From a virus (lineage: Duplodnaviria; Caudoviricetes), in IMG/VR virus record IMGVR_UViG_3300021399_000103, positions 96,001 to 160,000 of that record: a stretch of 64,000 nt of DNA; one strand, given 5' to 3'. Position 1 is the first letter of the stretch. Every line of letters starts with the position of its first letter. Positions 31,487 through 42,197 of this stretch are shown piece by piece. The notes beneath the pieces were generated by a model. The model was not told the DNA's origin and searched no databases. It was given only the letters and a program-made list of their open reading frames with translations. Made by a program: the position numbers and the translations under genes.

Positions 31487-33377
31487 TGCTATGCTCCTTA
31501 ATATATTCTTTTCTTAAACTTGCACTTTGGCCCATTAAAGTTTCAAATAGCTGATCTGTGGCTGTAATATCTTCAATAGTGATTTGCTTAATAATTCTAT
31601 TATTAGGGTCAGTTAAAGTTTCTTCCGTCTCTTCGACCGACATTTCACCAAGTCCTTTAAGTCTATTAACTAGATATTTTACACCCTTATTCTGGTTTCT
31701 AAATTCATCCAGAGCCGCATCATCTTTTAAATATTTATAACCCTTATTTCCAGGTAAAGTAATTTTATAAAGCGGCGGCACTCCCGCATAGACATATCCA
31801 TCCTCAATTAACTGTGGACAGAAGTTCCAGATAAATGTGTAGAACAGGTTTTTGATATGCGCACCATCAACATCAGCATCAGATTCAATAATAATTTTGC
31901 CATATCTCAAATCTTCTGGACGATATGTAATTTTCATTGTCTTAAGATCAATAGTCAATCCAAAAGCATCAATCATTGACATAATTTCTGCATTCTTTTG
32001 GATCTTATCTATTGTTGCTTTCTGAGTGTTAAGAATTTTACCTCTTACCGGCATAACAGCTTGGAATGAATTATCTCTTGCCATTTTTAAGTTAGCAGAT
32101 GCAGAATCACCCTCTGTAATATAAATTTCACAATCTTTTCTGGGTTTGCCTTTACAATCTGCTAATTTCTTATCAAACTTTAAGGCTTTTTCTTTCTTCT
32201 TTGTTTGTGCACGAGCATTATCACGAGCTTTTTTCGCAGCTTCTCTTGCCTTGCGGGCATTGATAGCCTTATCCGCAATTAACTTAACTTCTTTTTCATT
32301 GGCGTTCATCCATGCTTCAAGATTATCAATAATTGCTCTTGTAAAAGGCGTCATATCAATTTTAGTAATTCTTGATTTTACTTGAGCGTCATATGCTACT
32401 CCTGGCGCGGTAATGTTGAAGACGATGTATAAACCTTCTTGGATATCTTCACCAGTGAGGTTTTCATCCTTTTCTTTTAACCATTTTTTCTCCTTGAAGA
32501 ATTTATTAAATTCTCTTGTTAAAATAGTTTTAACTTGTGTAATATGTTGACCAGATTCGGTAAGACCAGTATTAACATATGGAACAATAATAGACCCATA
32601 TGCTGATGTATAAGTCATAACCATATCCATTTTATTCTTACCATTGGCAAAATTCATGTTAAATCTATTATCAATTAATTCTTTATTTTTTACTGCGGTA
32701 TCTACTAAATCGTTAATACCATTTTTAGAAAAGTATGTAGATTTATTACCATTATCATCAAGATTAATTGTTAAACCTGGACAAAGTGCCGTAATAGTCT
32801 TACAAAGATCTTTTACTTTAGAGATTTCAACTTCTGTATGGGTAAAAAACTCTTCAGATGGTTGCCATTGCACAGTTGTTCCATTTTTAAGATTAAAATT
32901 ATTTGGTTTAAATTTTTCTCTTTTTTCAAAAACTCCCTCTTTAAACCAAATATTTTCTCCATCTCCATCTCTTACAGTTCCAACATTTAACCAATGGGAT
33001 AAAAAAGTAGTGATTTTACTACCAATTCCAAAAGATCCTAATGAGGTTCCTTCATAAGTGCCATCTTCACGATATTTTCCAGAAGTGTTTAATACACTGA
33101 AAGCAGCTTCAAGAATTGTTTTTCCATCATCTCTAAATGAATTAGGAATAAAACCTTGTCCATTATCAGTTACCGTTACAATATCTTTATTAATATTAAT
33201 ATCAATCTGATTACCATGACCAAGTCTAAATTCATCAATAGAGTTAGATAAAATTTCGACCAAAAGCTGAGTTGAATATGTAGTATCGCCAGCATATACT
33301 CCTGGTCTTAGTCTTGTAAACTCTAATGGTGAAAGTGATTCAATAGATTGTTCATTATATAAAGTTTTATCTACCAT
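31458..33377 (-). CDS. gyrB: Type IIA topoisomerase subunit B
   Basis: EILSNSIDE, DNGQG, EGDSA, PVRGK, DADVDG, KGLGE. Confidence 0.95.
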   Translation of the reverse strand: MVDKTLYNEQSIESLSPLEFTRLRPGVYAGDTTYSTQLLVEILSNSIDEFRLGHGNQIDININKDIVTVTDNGQGFIPNSFRDDGKTILEAAFSVLNTSGKYREDGTYEGTSLGSFGIGSKITTFLSHWLNVGTVRDGDGENIWFKEGVFEKREKFKPNNFNLKNGTTVQWQPSEEFFTHTEVEISKVKDLCKTITALCPGLTINLDDNGNKSTYFSKNGINDLVDTAVKNKELIDNRFNMNFANGKNKMDMVMTYTSAYGSIIVPYVNTGLTESGQHITQVKTILTREFNKFFKEKKWLKEKDENLTGEDIQEGLYIVFNITAPGVAYDAQVKSRITKIDMTPFTRAIIDNLEAWMNANEKEVKLIADKAINARKAREAAKKARDNARAQTKKKEKALKFDKKLADCKGKPRKDCEIYITEGDSASANLKMARDNSFQAVMPVRGKILNTQKATIDKIQKNAEIMSMIDAFGLTIDLKTMKITYRPEDLRYGKIIIESDADVDGAHIKNLFYTFIWNFCPQLIEDGYVYAGVPPLYKITLPGNKGYKYLKDDAALDEFRNQNKGVKYLVNRLKGLGEMSVEETEETLTDPNNRIIKQITIEDITATDQLFETLMGQSASLRKEYIKEHSNEAGLYNAE

Positions 33378-33390
33378 TGTATAATCCTTT

Positions 33391-33570
33391 CTATTTTAAT
33401 ACTCCCCATGAACTACCAATAGGCTTAGTATCAAATCCGCACATTTTAAGCTGTTCTCTAATCCATTCAGCAACTTCTTCATTGGATTTTTCATTAAACC
33501 ATTCATTATTATGAATCATTAATCCAATTTCAAACATAATATCTATCAGTTTTTGTTCATTGCTTTTCAT
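33391..33570 (-). CDS. Hypothetical protein, 59 aa, probably leaderless
   Basis: MKSNEQKL.. directly after TGATATAAT; three TGG codons. Confidence 0.6.
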   Translation of the reverse strand: MKSNEQKLIDIMFEIGLMIHNNEWFNEKSNEEVAEWIREQLKMCGFDTKPIGSSWGVLK

Positions 33571-33625
33571 ATATTATTATTATATCATATTTAATTAAAA
33601 AAGTCAAGATTTTTTCTTTCTTGAC

Positions 33626-33904
33626 TTATTTCTCTTCATTTTTATTATTTTCTTTTTCTAATTGCTCAATCAGATTTTTCAGGAGTCTAATCGTATCTTC
33701 TCGCTCAGCGAAAGTTAAATCCATATAATTATTAGGTAAAATTATAACCATATTATTTGGAAATTTTTTAGATAATCCATTTTGTAATTCCTCTATTTCT
33801 TTTCTTGAAAAAGAAAGATGATCTATATAGCATATTACGACAAAATCTTTATCTTGTAATTTAATAAAAGTTTGTTTCAAAATTTTATTTTCCATATTTT
33901 GCAT
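33626..33904 (-). CDS. Hypothetical protein
   Basis: ORF track. Confidence 0.6.
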   Translation of the reverse strand: MQNMENKILKQTFIKLQDKDFVVICYIDHLSFSRKEIEELQNGLSKKFPNNMVIILPNNYMDLTFAEREDTIRLLKNLIEQLEKENNKNEEK

Positions 33905-34523
33905 ACCAGTCCATTAATTCTTGTGTAGGATGTATCCACCCATCTTCAATTCCAATTATCCAATAATGAGGATCATCTTTATATTTTGATTCTGCTTTCC
34001 AATTATTTTTACCTATAAAATATCCATAGTTGGGAATATTATTCTGTACATCGCTATAATACACCTCTTCCGCAGTAAGTGTACCAGTAGCCAATTTATC
34101 GGCTAATTCATTACCTTTAATCCCAGTGTGACCGCTACATTTCTCAATAATAATAAAATGATCGTTCCAATATAAATCATATATTTTTTTAATTAAATCT
34201 TGATTTTCTACTGGATTTCCTTTGCTATTAATCCAACCATTTCTACTCCATATGTCGCCCCATTCAGTAATACATTTCATAGCATATGCGGAATCAGTAT
34301 AAACCTTATTCGCTCCAAAAATACTATCTGAACCGTATCTTTCAATTACTTTATAAAGAGCCATTAATTCCATTCTATTATTTGTCGTATTTTGAATTTG
34401 TTCTGAATAAGCATCTATGATATATCCAGAGTTATCGTACACTACATAACCAAAACCGCCTATATTATTTGCTCCTTTTTGATTATTAATTCTTGTACTT
34501 CCATCACAATAAATTGTATACAT
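33885..34523 (-). CDS. rnhA: Ribonuclease HI with C-terminal extension
   Basis: YCDGS, TNNRMEL, TDS, GNELAD. Confidence 0.92.
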   Translation of the reverse strand: MYTIYCDGSTRINNQKGANNIGGFGYVVYDNSGYIIDAYSEQIQNTTNNRMELMALYKVIERYGSDSIFGANKVYTDSAYAMKCITEWGDIWSRNGWINSKGNPVENQDLIKKIYDLYWNDHFIIIEKCSGHTGIKGNELADKLATGTLTAEEVYYSDVQNNIPNYGYFIGKNNWKAESKYKDDPHYWIIGIEDGWIHPTQELMDWYAKYGK

Positions 34524-34577
34524 ATTTAAACCTTTCTTAACTTTTTTTAATTTCTAAGCGATTCTGACCTATATATA

Positions 34578-35174
34578 TTATGACAAAAATTTTTCTATTT
34601 GTCAATTTTTTAGAACTTCTTTTCCAGTTTTTGATTTTGGATGATGAATTCCAAAAATAATAGCTCTTATTAAAAGTATGCTAAATCCATGTTTTTCTAA
34701 TCAATAATTAGAATCTGGAAAATTAGATATTTCTGAATAATCAAATATAACTGTTTCATCTCAATTAAAATCTTTACATAAATCATCACATAAAGCTGCT
34801 AATTCAGCAAGGCAGTCTGCTAAATAATCTCTATCATTTAATTTATCTTCGCAAATACAAACATGGATATAGTTATCATTTCAAGTTTTTATATTCAATG
34901 GAAAAGTTTGTACAGTTATTACATTATTATTTTTATCTTTACCTATTCAATAGTGGAAATTATATAATGTATGAATATGATTTCAATCATTATGTTTATG
35001 ATTCTCGCCTAATTGAGCAATAATATCAATATAGTTTTTATTATCTTTACTTGGCTGTACATATTGTCGTAAATAGGGATTATTTCGACCAGAAGAATGA
35101 ATCACAATGCCCACTGGTTTTAATTCCCTATGATAAGCTCATTGAGTGCTGTTCGTCATCATGCAGTTTAGCAT
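34578..35174 (-). CDS. N-acetylmuramoyl-L-alanine amidase (Amidase_2)-like protein; 198 aa with 7 TGA=Trp
   Basis: GAGGG RBS; CMMTNST..GIVIHSSG..RQYVQP..ND[W]NH..HY[W]IGK..TVQTFP..ICED; absent from the ORF track. Confidence 0.72.
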
Positions 35175-35592
35175 ATTCTTCCCTCATTTTTCTAATTTTT
35201 TTATGATGTTCGTCTTTCATATTGATATATTCATACAAATCTAATTTTAGAACTGCTAATTGATGTTTAGCAATTTCTAAATCATTTTTAATCATTTTAA
35301 TTTGTCGATGTAGCATTATATTTTCATAACTTTTTGGATTAAATTGTTTACTATGTTTCATTGAATAATATAATTGATTTAAGGCAGATAGCTTTATTTT
35401 TAAGTCATCTCTATATGTTTTAGCTGCGGCAATGCGCGCTCGCATTTCTGCGATAGTAGATCCCATAATCATACTTTCAAAATCTTTATCTTCTTCTGCG
35501 CACCATGCTTCACCAATAAAGACTCGCCCCATATCATCTTCAGCAGTACATTTCGCATATCCATCTTTGTAGTAAAAAGTGGGTTCTTTCAT
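35128..35592 (-). CDS. Hypothetical coiled-coil phage protein
   Basis: ORF track, AAGGAG RBS. Confidence 0.7.
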   Translation of the reverse strand: MKEPTFYYKDGYAKCTAEDDMGRVFIGEAWCAEEDKDFESMIMGSTIAEMRARIAAAKTYRDDLKIKLSALNQLYYSMKHSKQFNPKSYENIMLHRQIKMIKNDLEIAKHQLAVLKLDLYEYINMKDEHHKKIRKMREEYAKLHDDEQHSMSLS

Positions 35593-35707
35593 AATTTCAA
35601 ATCTCCTTTATATTATTATATCAAAAAATAAATAAAATATCAAATATACGACGAAAAGAGCGGAAAATTTCCACTCTGAAAAGTACTAAACAATATTTAG
35701 TTTGATT

Positions 35708-35920
35708 TTACGATTTAGGCGGTGGTTGGCGGCCGGCTTGGCTATAGCGTTCCAAAATGCCGTCCAATTCATTATGTATAATATCCAATTTATTTTTTAG
35801 TTCCTCATTTTCTCTCTGTATCTTTTCGTTAATTCCAAGCAGGAGATAGCATCCGATCAACAGAAAAATTGATAAAATTATAAGTAAAATCATTAGCTGA
35901 TCAATAGTAATAGTAAGCAT
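35708..35920 (-). CDS. Small membrane/coiled-coil protein
   Basis: TM helix; TAATG coupling to the upstream gene. Confidence 0.6.
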   Translation of the reverse strand: MLTITIDQLMILLIILSIFLLIGCYLLLGINEKIQRENEELKNKLDIIHNELDGILERYSQAGRQPPPKS

Positions 35921-36465
35921 TATTGTTTCCTTTCTTTTATTTCTGAAATAATCTGTTCAATATTTACAGGGAACCCATTATGAGCATCCACTTCACAATG
36001 ATAAATAAGCCCTTTATCAAAATCCGCAAATGGGTCTGTTGTATGAGTATGACCGCAAAGATTAATTGTAGCAGTTCTTTTATAGTCATCATAGTTAGAG
36101 CATAATGTTGGATAATGTGATAGATAAAGATGATGCTTATGCACTTTAATTACATTAGCATATGTAATTTCCATTATATTTGTCGTATGATAAAGATAAG
36201 CATTAACTCTTCTATCGCTATCGTGATTTCCTCTAACAATAAAGATATTTCCATTTAATTGACGCAAGCAATTTATGCCATCATCTAAATCTCCAAGCGT
36301 AACATCACCAAGATGATATACGGTATCACCAGGAGAAACAACACTATTCCACTTCTGGATTAAATCTTTATTCATTTCTTCAACTGTGTTGTATCCACGC
36401 GCCGCATAGATAAAATCTTTATTATGGTTGAAATGAGTATCGGATATTACAAAAATATTATCCAT
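35920..36465 (-). CDS. Calcineurin-like metallophosphoesterase
   Basis: SDTH, LGD, GNHD, HYP, GHTH. Confidence 0.9.
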   Translation of the reverse strand: MDNIFVISDTHFNHNKDFIYAARGYNTVEEMNKDLIQKWNSVVSPGDTVYHLGDVTLGDLDDGINCLRQLNGNIFIVRGNHDSDRRVNAYLYHTTNIMEITYANVIKVHKHHLYLSHYPTLCSNYDDYKRTATINLCGHTHTTDPFADFDKGLIYHCEVDAHNGFPVNIEQIISEIKERKQ

Positions 36466-36931
36466 AGCTAATCACCTCGATTTTTACATTTTCAAGACTT
36501 AAAAAATCATTAACAGAAGGCCGGCGATATGAAGCCGCCATACTTCTAATTGAATCTTCTGGCACTCTTTTCATTTCTTCTCTTGGAGCATTTCTTTCTA
36601 AGCACACTTCAAGAGGTGTTTCGATAGCAACAAAATCAATTTCTTCAAAATCATTGCGGTTAATATTATAGAGCAATTTCCATCTTGAAGAGTTGTTAAG
36701 ATGGGTAGCATCTGCCCAAATTACATCATATTTTCCAATTCCGTTGTTAATTCTATTACAGAACTCATTGAATACTTCTTTTTCTTTTGAGAAGTAAGGA
36801 ATGCCAGGAGTAATCATTGAAAAACGAATTTTATCGCGTGATACTATAAGATCTTCTGGATTCGCATGTTCTTTAATATAACTGGATTTGCCTGATGCCG
36901 GAACTCCGCACATTACTTTTAGTATTGTCAT
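36458..36931 (-). CDS. Polynucleotide-kinase-like P-loop protein (AAA_33)
   Basis: GVPASGKS, SRD, DAT, RNAPR; GGAG RBS before MTILK. Confidence 0.8.
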   Translation of the reverse strand: MTILKVMCGVPASGKSSYIKEHANPEDLIVSRDKIRFSMITPGIPYFSKEKEVFNEFCNRINNGIGKYDVIWADATHLNNSSRWKLLYNINRNDFEEIDFVAIETPLEVCLERNAPREEMKRVPEDSIRSMAASYRRPSVNDFLSLENVKIEVISYG

Positions 36932-37142
36932 TTTCAAAATCTCCATTCTCAAATTTTCTCTTAAATTTTTCTACATCTTGTTGTGAATAACATTCATAAT
37001 GATTTACTTCATCTTTGCAGTGAATACACCAGAGCTTCTTTAAGTGCCCCTTACCTCGTTGTGAAGCTGTGTTTCTAAAAACTGGAAGTCCTTCATTACC
37101 GCACTTCGTACAAAAAAACCTGTGTTGTTCTAATTTTGCCAT
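36873..37142 (-). CDS. Zn-ribbon phage protein
   Basis: CTKC..HLK..CIHC. Confidence 0.65.
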   Translation of the reverse strand: MAKLEQHRFFCTKCGNEGLPVFRNTASQRGKGHLKKLWCIHCKDEVNHYECYSQQDVEKFKRKFENGDFENDNTKSNVRSSGIRQIQLY

Positions 37143-37269
37143 TCAAATATAATCACCTCTTTACCTTTCTATATATATTATAACATATTTTTATTATTTT
37201 TTCAATTAAAATGTAAGCGATTTGCGGCCGGGGCTACGCCGATCGTATTAACCGCCAGCCGCAAACTTC

Positions 37270-37476
37270 TTATCTAACGCACAAAGAGCATATTGAAACT
37301 TCTTGTGTCCGCCCTCCAGTGGCTGGAATAACAATACTATTTGTAGTATATGCCATACATCCTTTTCCTATACAATCTTCAAATTCTTCATGTTGTTCAG
37401 TAATAATAGTAGTATCTTTCCAAGCGGAAGTCGTATTATCAACATATATTCTTTTTCTAAATGGACATTTTTTCAT
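37270..37476 (-). CDS. Small Cys-rich protein
   Basis: CPF..C...C; RBS. Confidence 0.55.
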   Translation of the reverse strand: MKKCPFRKRIYVDNTTSAWKDTTIITEQHEEFEDCIGKGCMAYTTNSIVIPATGGRTQEVSICSLCVR

Positions 37477-37488
37477 ATAAAAGTTCCT

Positions 37489-38625
37489 TTATTTTAAGAA
37501 ATCTGGTAATTCATAATCTGGTAACAATTTGATAATTCTACTCAATTCAGCACCAGAATGAATGAAATCATCGGCATTTAATTTATTTCCAAGAGACTTA
37601 AATCCAAAATATGCTAATTTATGATCTTTAATTGCTTGTGCTACTGGTTTACGCTCGTGAGAGTATTCTTCATATAAACTTCTTACCATAACTAAGAAAC
37701 GATCAATCTCCCATTTAAGAGTTTCAATTTGATATTGATAAAATCTAATTTGAGCGCCATAAGCATGATTACTAATATCAACTCTATCCCAGGTATTATC
37801 TAAAGCAAGTGAAACTGCGGTATCTTTAGATAACAAATAAGAGCCATTATTCCAGTCATGATGCGCTGCTAAATACTCTGGTGATTTGATTTTAATACGA
37901 TGCCAATTTTTATCCACAACAACAAAGCCTTCAGCATCAACATGAGAGGCGCAATTATTTAGAGCAGCGGCTGCCTTAATAGCATCTTCAAAAGTTGAAA
38001 TTGAATATTCTTTTGGTTTCTGAACACCAATATTAAGATTATATTCGTTGCCAGTAATATTGTTACGAGTTCCAGTATGATATAATTTAATTTCTGGATA
38101 TTCAACCACAATTTTATTATATGGTGAAACTAATTCAAAAATATAAGTATAATCATGAGTTAATGCTTCAAAAGGAATATCTTTATAGTTTTTAGCAGAA
38201 ACAATTATATCATAAAAAGTTTTATTAAAACCTTGAACATCGGCATTACGAGCATCAATAACTCCATTAGTTGCCCAGATCCATTCATCATTAAACCAAT
38301 AGAGTTTAACAATAGAACCATCTACTTTTTCTTGAACTCGTGCAGATGCCCAATCAATGTTATCAACATATGATTCATTATGATTACCGAATTTGCGGAA
38401 AGGCCAGCAGACAACATCTAAAGTATCAAGATTGATAATAATACCTCTTGCTTCTTGAACTATTGGATCAGAAAAATCGCAATCAATACTATAATTAAAA
38501 ATAGCACGATAATCATTAGGAGCAAACTTGATTTTGATATTTTTTGCTTCAAGTAATTCTTTCCAATCATTTGGATGATTTCTTATGAATTGTACAATTA
38601 AAGATTTTTCATTCATTTTTATCAC
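37489..38625 (-). CDS. RNA ligase, T4 Rnl1 family
   Basis: EARG, PF.KF.N, KVDGS, FEL, EGFVV, KIKS.EY. Confidence 0.9.
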   Translation of the reverse strand: MIKMNEKSLIVQFIRNHPNDWKELLEAKNIKIKFAPNDYRAIFNYSIDCDFSDPIVQEARGIIINLDTLDVVCWPFRKFGNHNESYVDNIDWASARVQEKVDGSIVKLYWFNDEWIWATNGVIDARNADVQGFNKTFYDIIVSAKNYKDIPFEALTHDYTYIFELVSPYNKIVVEYPEIKLYHTGTRNNITGNEYNLNIGVQKPKEYSISTFEDAIKAAAALNNCASHVDAEGFVVVDKNWHRIKIKSPEYLAAHHDWNNGSYLLSKDTAVSLALDNTWDRVDISNHAYGAQIRFYQYQIETLKWEIDRFLVMVRSLYEEYSHERKPVAQAIKDHKLAYFGFKSLGNKLNADDFIHSGAELSRIIKLLPDYELPDFLK

Positions 38626-38697
38626 CTCTTTTCCTTTATATAAATATTATATCATATTTTTTATAAAAAATAAAAAAAGGATGGTTTATCACCATCC

Positions 38698-39741
38698 TTA
38701 ATAATCCATAATTTGTTCTTTCAGCTGATTGGCACGAAGTGGATTTCTTAATTTCTGCATTGCCTTTGCTTCAATTTGACGGGCACGTTCTCTTGTAACA
38801 CCAAGAACTTTGCCAATCTCATCTAAAGTATGTCCAGTTCCATCTTCAAGCCCAAATCGCATTTGAACAACAAGTTTTTCTCTATCAGAAAGAGTTCCGA
38901 GTATATCATTAATAGCCTGTTTTGTGGCATCTCGTCTGACTTTTTCTTCTGGAGTTTCCTGATTTAAGTCTGGAACAATATCTGTCATATCAACATCATC
39001 ATCTTCCGCAACTGGTTTATCAATAGACAGGGGGTTTTTAGATGCGGCAAGGTACATTGCTACTTTCTCAGCGGTTAAACCAGTAGCAGCTCCAATTTCT
39101 TCTTCTGTTGGTTCATGTCCAAGAGTCTGAAGTAATTCGGCTCTTGCTTTAGAAATTTTAGACAATGATTCTACGACATGAACTGGAGTACGAATTGTTC
39201 TGCCCTGGTCAGCAATGGCTCTACTAATCGCCTGGCGCACCCAATATGTAGCATATGTAGAAAACTTAAATCCTTTTGTGTAATCATATTTATCAGCAGC
39301 TTTGTATAAACCAAGGTTACCTTCTTGAACAAGGTCTAAAAAGCTCAGATTACATTTGCCAACATATTTTCTTGCGATAGAAGCTACTAAGCGAAGATTT
39401 GATTCAACTAATTTATTTTTTGCTTCAGTATCCCCATCGACTACTCGTTTCGCAAGATATAATTCTTGTTCTGGACTAAGTAACGGAATAGTGTGAATTT
39501 GACGCATATAAATTTTAGCTGAATTGCTTACTGAATTAAATTTTAAATCATCATTACTTTCTTCATCAAAATCTGGCAACACAACTTGAATATTAGCTTC
39601 ATAAAGAGCGTCATATGCTTTTTCTAATTCTTCATCATCAGAGAAGATTTTTTCAATTTCAGCTTCATCAATTGTGTTATCTTTTGCTTTAGCAATTAAT
39701 GCTTGAATCTTTTGTTCGAATGTCATATTCAACACCTCCAT
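38698..39741 (-). CDS. RpoD/SigA-like sigma factor
   Basis: [20 protein letters not shown], region 4 TRERARQIE. Confidence 0.92.
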   Translation of the reverse strand: MEVLNMTFEQKIQALIAKAKDNTIDEAEIEKIFSDDEELEKAYDALYEANIQVVLPDFDEESNDDLKFNSVSNSAKIYMRQIHTIPLLSPEQELYLAKRVVDGDTEAKNKLVESNLRLVASIARKYVGKCNLSFLDLVQEGNLGLYKAADKYDYTKGFKFSTYATYWVRQAISRAIADQGRTIRTPVHVVESLSKISKARAELLQTLGHEPTEEEIGAATGLTAEKVAMYLAASKNPLSIDKPVAEDDDVDMTDIVPDLNQETPEEKVRRDATKQAINDILGTLSDREKLVVQMRFGLEDGTGHTLDEIGKVLGVTRERARQIEAKAMQKLRNPLRANQLKEQIMDY

Positions 39742-39784
39742 TTTTTCTTTTCTTTTCTTTATATATATATTATATCATATTTTT

Positions 39785-40579
39785 TTAATTATTCAAAAAA
39801 GAATCTTTTTGATAATCATTTATTGAATATCCAAAAGGAATAGCTAAATGATATAACATGGTTGCGTTTTCTGGTATATCCCGATCATCGTGATAATGTC
39901 CCCAATACCAGTGCTGCCAAGAAGTACTTGCCGCAATTTTATTCAAGAAATCTTCCATACTATAATCAATTTGTGATTGATCTATTGAAGATAAGAATAA
40001 ATCATTTATATATTGATGCCATATATGTGGACAAGTGTGAGATAAAATATAATCATAATGCGGTTTCAAATTATTTAATATATCTATTTGTTCTTTTTCG
40101 TTCAACTGCTCTTCTGGAAACCAAGACCAATGATTTTGTATCCTGTACCATTTATCAACTGAATATGCTCCAGGTATTACCAATACAGACTTTCCAGCAA
40201 TTTCATATTCTCCGCCTTGATCTAATGCGTATAAAATCCTTGGATGTTTATCTTCATTCCAAACAGTATTGCCAAAGAATTTCTCTTTATGCCAGTCTGA
40301 TGGGTAATTTTTAGCTAATACAGAAGGACGTTCTTCATGATTCCCCCTAATTACAAAATAAGTTAATGGATAATACTCTATTTTATCTTTAAACTTATCA
40401 TCTTTTTTATTTAAATAAAAATTTCCACCAAAATCTCCAAGTATTATTAAAATATTTTCCCTAAAATCTTTAGAGAGTTCATTTTTATGATACATATAGA
40501 AATTCCGAATTGGAAGCCAATCGCCATGGACATCTCCCATTATCCATATGTTTTTTATTACTTTTTCTCTATCTAACAT
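39785..40579 (-). CDS. Metallophosphoesterase
   Basis: GDVHG, LGD, GNHE, SHTCP, GHYH. Confidence 0.88.
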   Translation of the reverse strand: MLDREKVIKNIWIMGDVHGDWLPIRNFYMYHKNELSKDFRENILIILGDFGGNFYLNKKDDKFKDKIEYYPLTYFVIRGNHEERPSVLAKNYPSDWHKEKFFGNTVWNEDKHPRILYALDQGGEYEIAGKSVLVIPGAYSVDKWYRIQNHWSWFPEEQLNEKEQIDILNNLKPHYDYILSHTCPHIWHQYINDLFLSSIDQSQIDYSMEDFLNKIAASTSWQHWYWGHYHDDRDIPENATMLYHLAIPFGYSINDYQKDSFLNN

Positions 40580-41367
40580 TATATCACCTCTTTCAGTGAA
40601 AGTTGACTTATTAAGGCTGTATCTATAAAATCTTTACAGCAATCATGCAATAATATCTCAACTTCTTCATTTGGTTCTTCTACATCAATACGTTTAGTAT
40701 AAGCGTCAATTAATACTTTAATTGTTTCGATTGAATGATCTGCAATACATTGAAGTGCATTCGCTCCAATTTCATGATTGCGGATTTGCATAATATAATT
40801 GCGATCTTCTCCCTGCGGCCGCAAACATTGCTCATAAGGAAGGTTATTTATATAATTTTTAAGATAGTATTCATATCGCACTAAATTTGCGACTTGTTTA
40901 CAACTAATCTCTCCTTCTGGAGTATATAATCTATCATAAGCATTTAGTGCCATACCCTTAACTGTTTTTACCGCAGTCATTTTATCATAACGAACAATAT
41001 CTTCTTTATATTTTTCTAATTCATTCCAAATATTTTTATATCCAGGATTGATAATTTTATAATCTGTATAAAGAATTTCGAGCATATTAAGATTTTGCTT
41101 TTTTAATTCAGATAAAGCAACTCGAATATCTTTTATGCTTATTTGTTCTTTTGAATCTGGTAATTTAGAAGTAGAACTATCTCCTTTTTTATTTTTGTAA
41201 ATGTCTTCTAAACTTGGTACAATTAACAGTTTTGTATCAACATCAGAAGTTTCTAAGGCAGTTCCATAATTTTGACTGCCAGCCAAAAATATACCAATAA
41301 TTCTATCTTCATCAACTTTGGTTTTTGCGTGTTGATAATGTGCGTTTAAGCGTTCCACCACGGACAT
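40579..41367 (-). CDS. Pol-beta-family nucleotidyltransferase (RlaP/YcgL-like)
   Basis: GSQNYG..SDVD..K.N.N..E. Confidence 0.8.
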   Translation of the reverse strand: MSVVERLNAHYQHAKTKVDEDRIIGIFLAGSQNYGTALETSDVDTKLLIVPSLEDIYKNKKGDSSTSKLPDSKEQISIKDIRVALSELKKQNLNMLEILYTDYKIINPGYKNIWNELEKYKEDIVRYDKMTAVKTVKGMALNAYDRLYTPEGEISCKQVANLVRYEYYLKNYINNLPYEQCLRPQGEDRNYIMQIRNHEIGANALQCIADHSIETIKVLIDAYTKRIDVEEPNEEVEILLHDCCKDFIDTALISQLSLKEVI

Positions 41368-41645
41368 CTTGGATCATCTCCTCCCGATACTTCAATTTCA
41401 GCATTTTTAATTGCTTTTGCATATAAATCTTTTGAATATATAATTTCAGTTCTATAATGAATATAAGAGCTAATTGGATTTTTATATAATAACATAACTG
41501 AATACGCATATTCTTTTGGAATATCTTCTTCCTTTATTTTCCCCTCTTGTTTCAAAAAATAAAAAGAAGTTATATTATAGCATTTTTCATAATCTAAATC
41601 ATATTTTTCAGATGCTAATAAAGCAATTTCTTTGACTTTATCCAT
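41346..41645 (-). CDS. Hypothetical protein
   Basis: ORF track, RBS, promoter. Confidence 0.6.
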   Translation of the reverse strand: MDKVKEIALLASEKYDLDYEKCYNITSFYFLKQEGKIKEEDIPKEYAYSVMLLYKNPISSYIHYRTEIIYSKDLYAKAIKNAEIEVSGGDDPRCPWWNA

Positions 41646-41727
41646 AATACCTCTCCTTTCTTTTATATATTATATCATATTTTTTATATAAAATAAAAAA
41701 ATCCCTGATTTAACCAGGGATTTTTTA

Positions 41728-42105
41728 TTATACATTTACTTCTTCTGGATTTGTTAGATTCCTAACAATATTTTCTAATTCAATAATTCTGCCTTCTAAT
41801 GAATCCACTTTATTTTGAAGAGCATCAATAATTGCGCTTGGGCTAATTGCGTCAGTAATGACATAGATTTGAGGTTCTGTATCTACTCTAATTTCCATGC
41901 TGCGCAATAGTGTATAATTAGAAAAATCTCCAAGTTTTAAATCATCTTCATAAATAGCTACTGGCCCAGTTTGAATATCTGTTTTTAATTTATTTAAATC
42001 GTAAGAAGTATTTTCATTGTTAATGAATAAATGTAAACGTCCATTTTGTTCCGTGTAGTAGCTATTTAAAATATATTCAGTTTCATTAATAATCGCTTTA
42101 CGCAT
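41728..42105 (-). CDS. Hypothetical protein with C-terminal coiled coil
   Basis: AAGGAG RBS; terminator at about 41697-41727. Confidence 0.65.
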   Translation of the reverse strand: MRKAIINETEYILNSYYTEQNGRLHLFINNENTSYDLNKLKTDIQTGPVAIYEDDLKLGDFSNYTLLRSMEIRVDTEPQIYVITDAISPSAIIDALQNKVDSLEGRIIELENIVRNLTNPEEVNV

Positions 42106-42197
42106 ATTTTTATCTCCTTCGCATTTTTATTTATGTTTTGCCATAAAATTATTTAAAATAATATTAAATAATTTTATTAAAATTGTCCAAAATTATA

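Noticed and set aside
1507-35174. TGA-interrupted genes as pseudogenes
   Set aside because: Every interruption is TGA, there are no frameshifts, RBSs and most motifs are intact, and a cognate tRNA is present.
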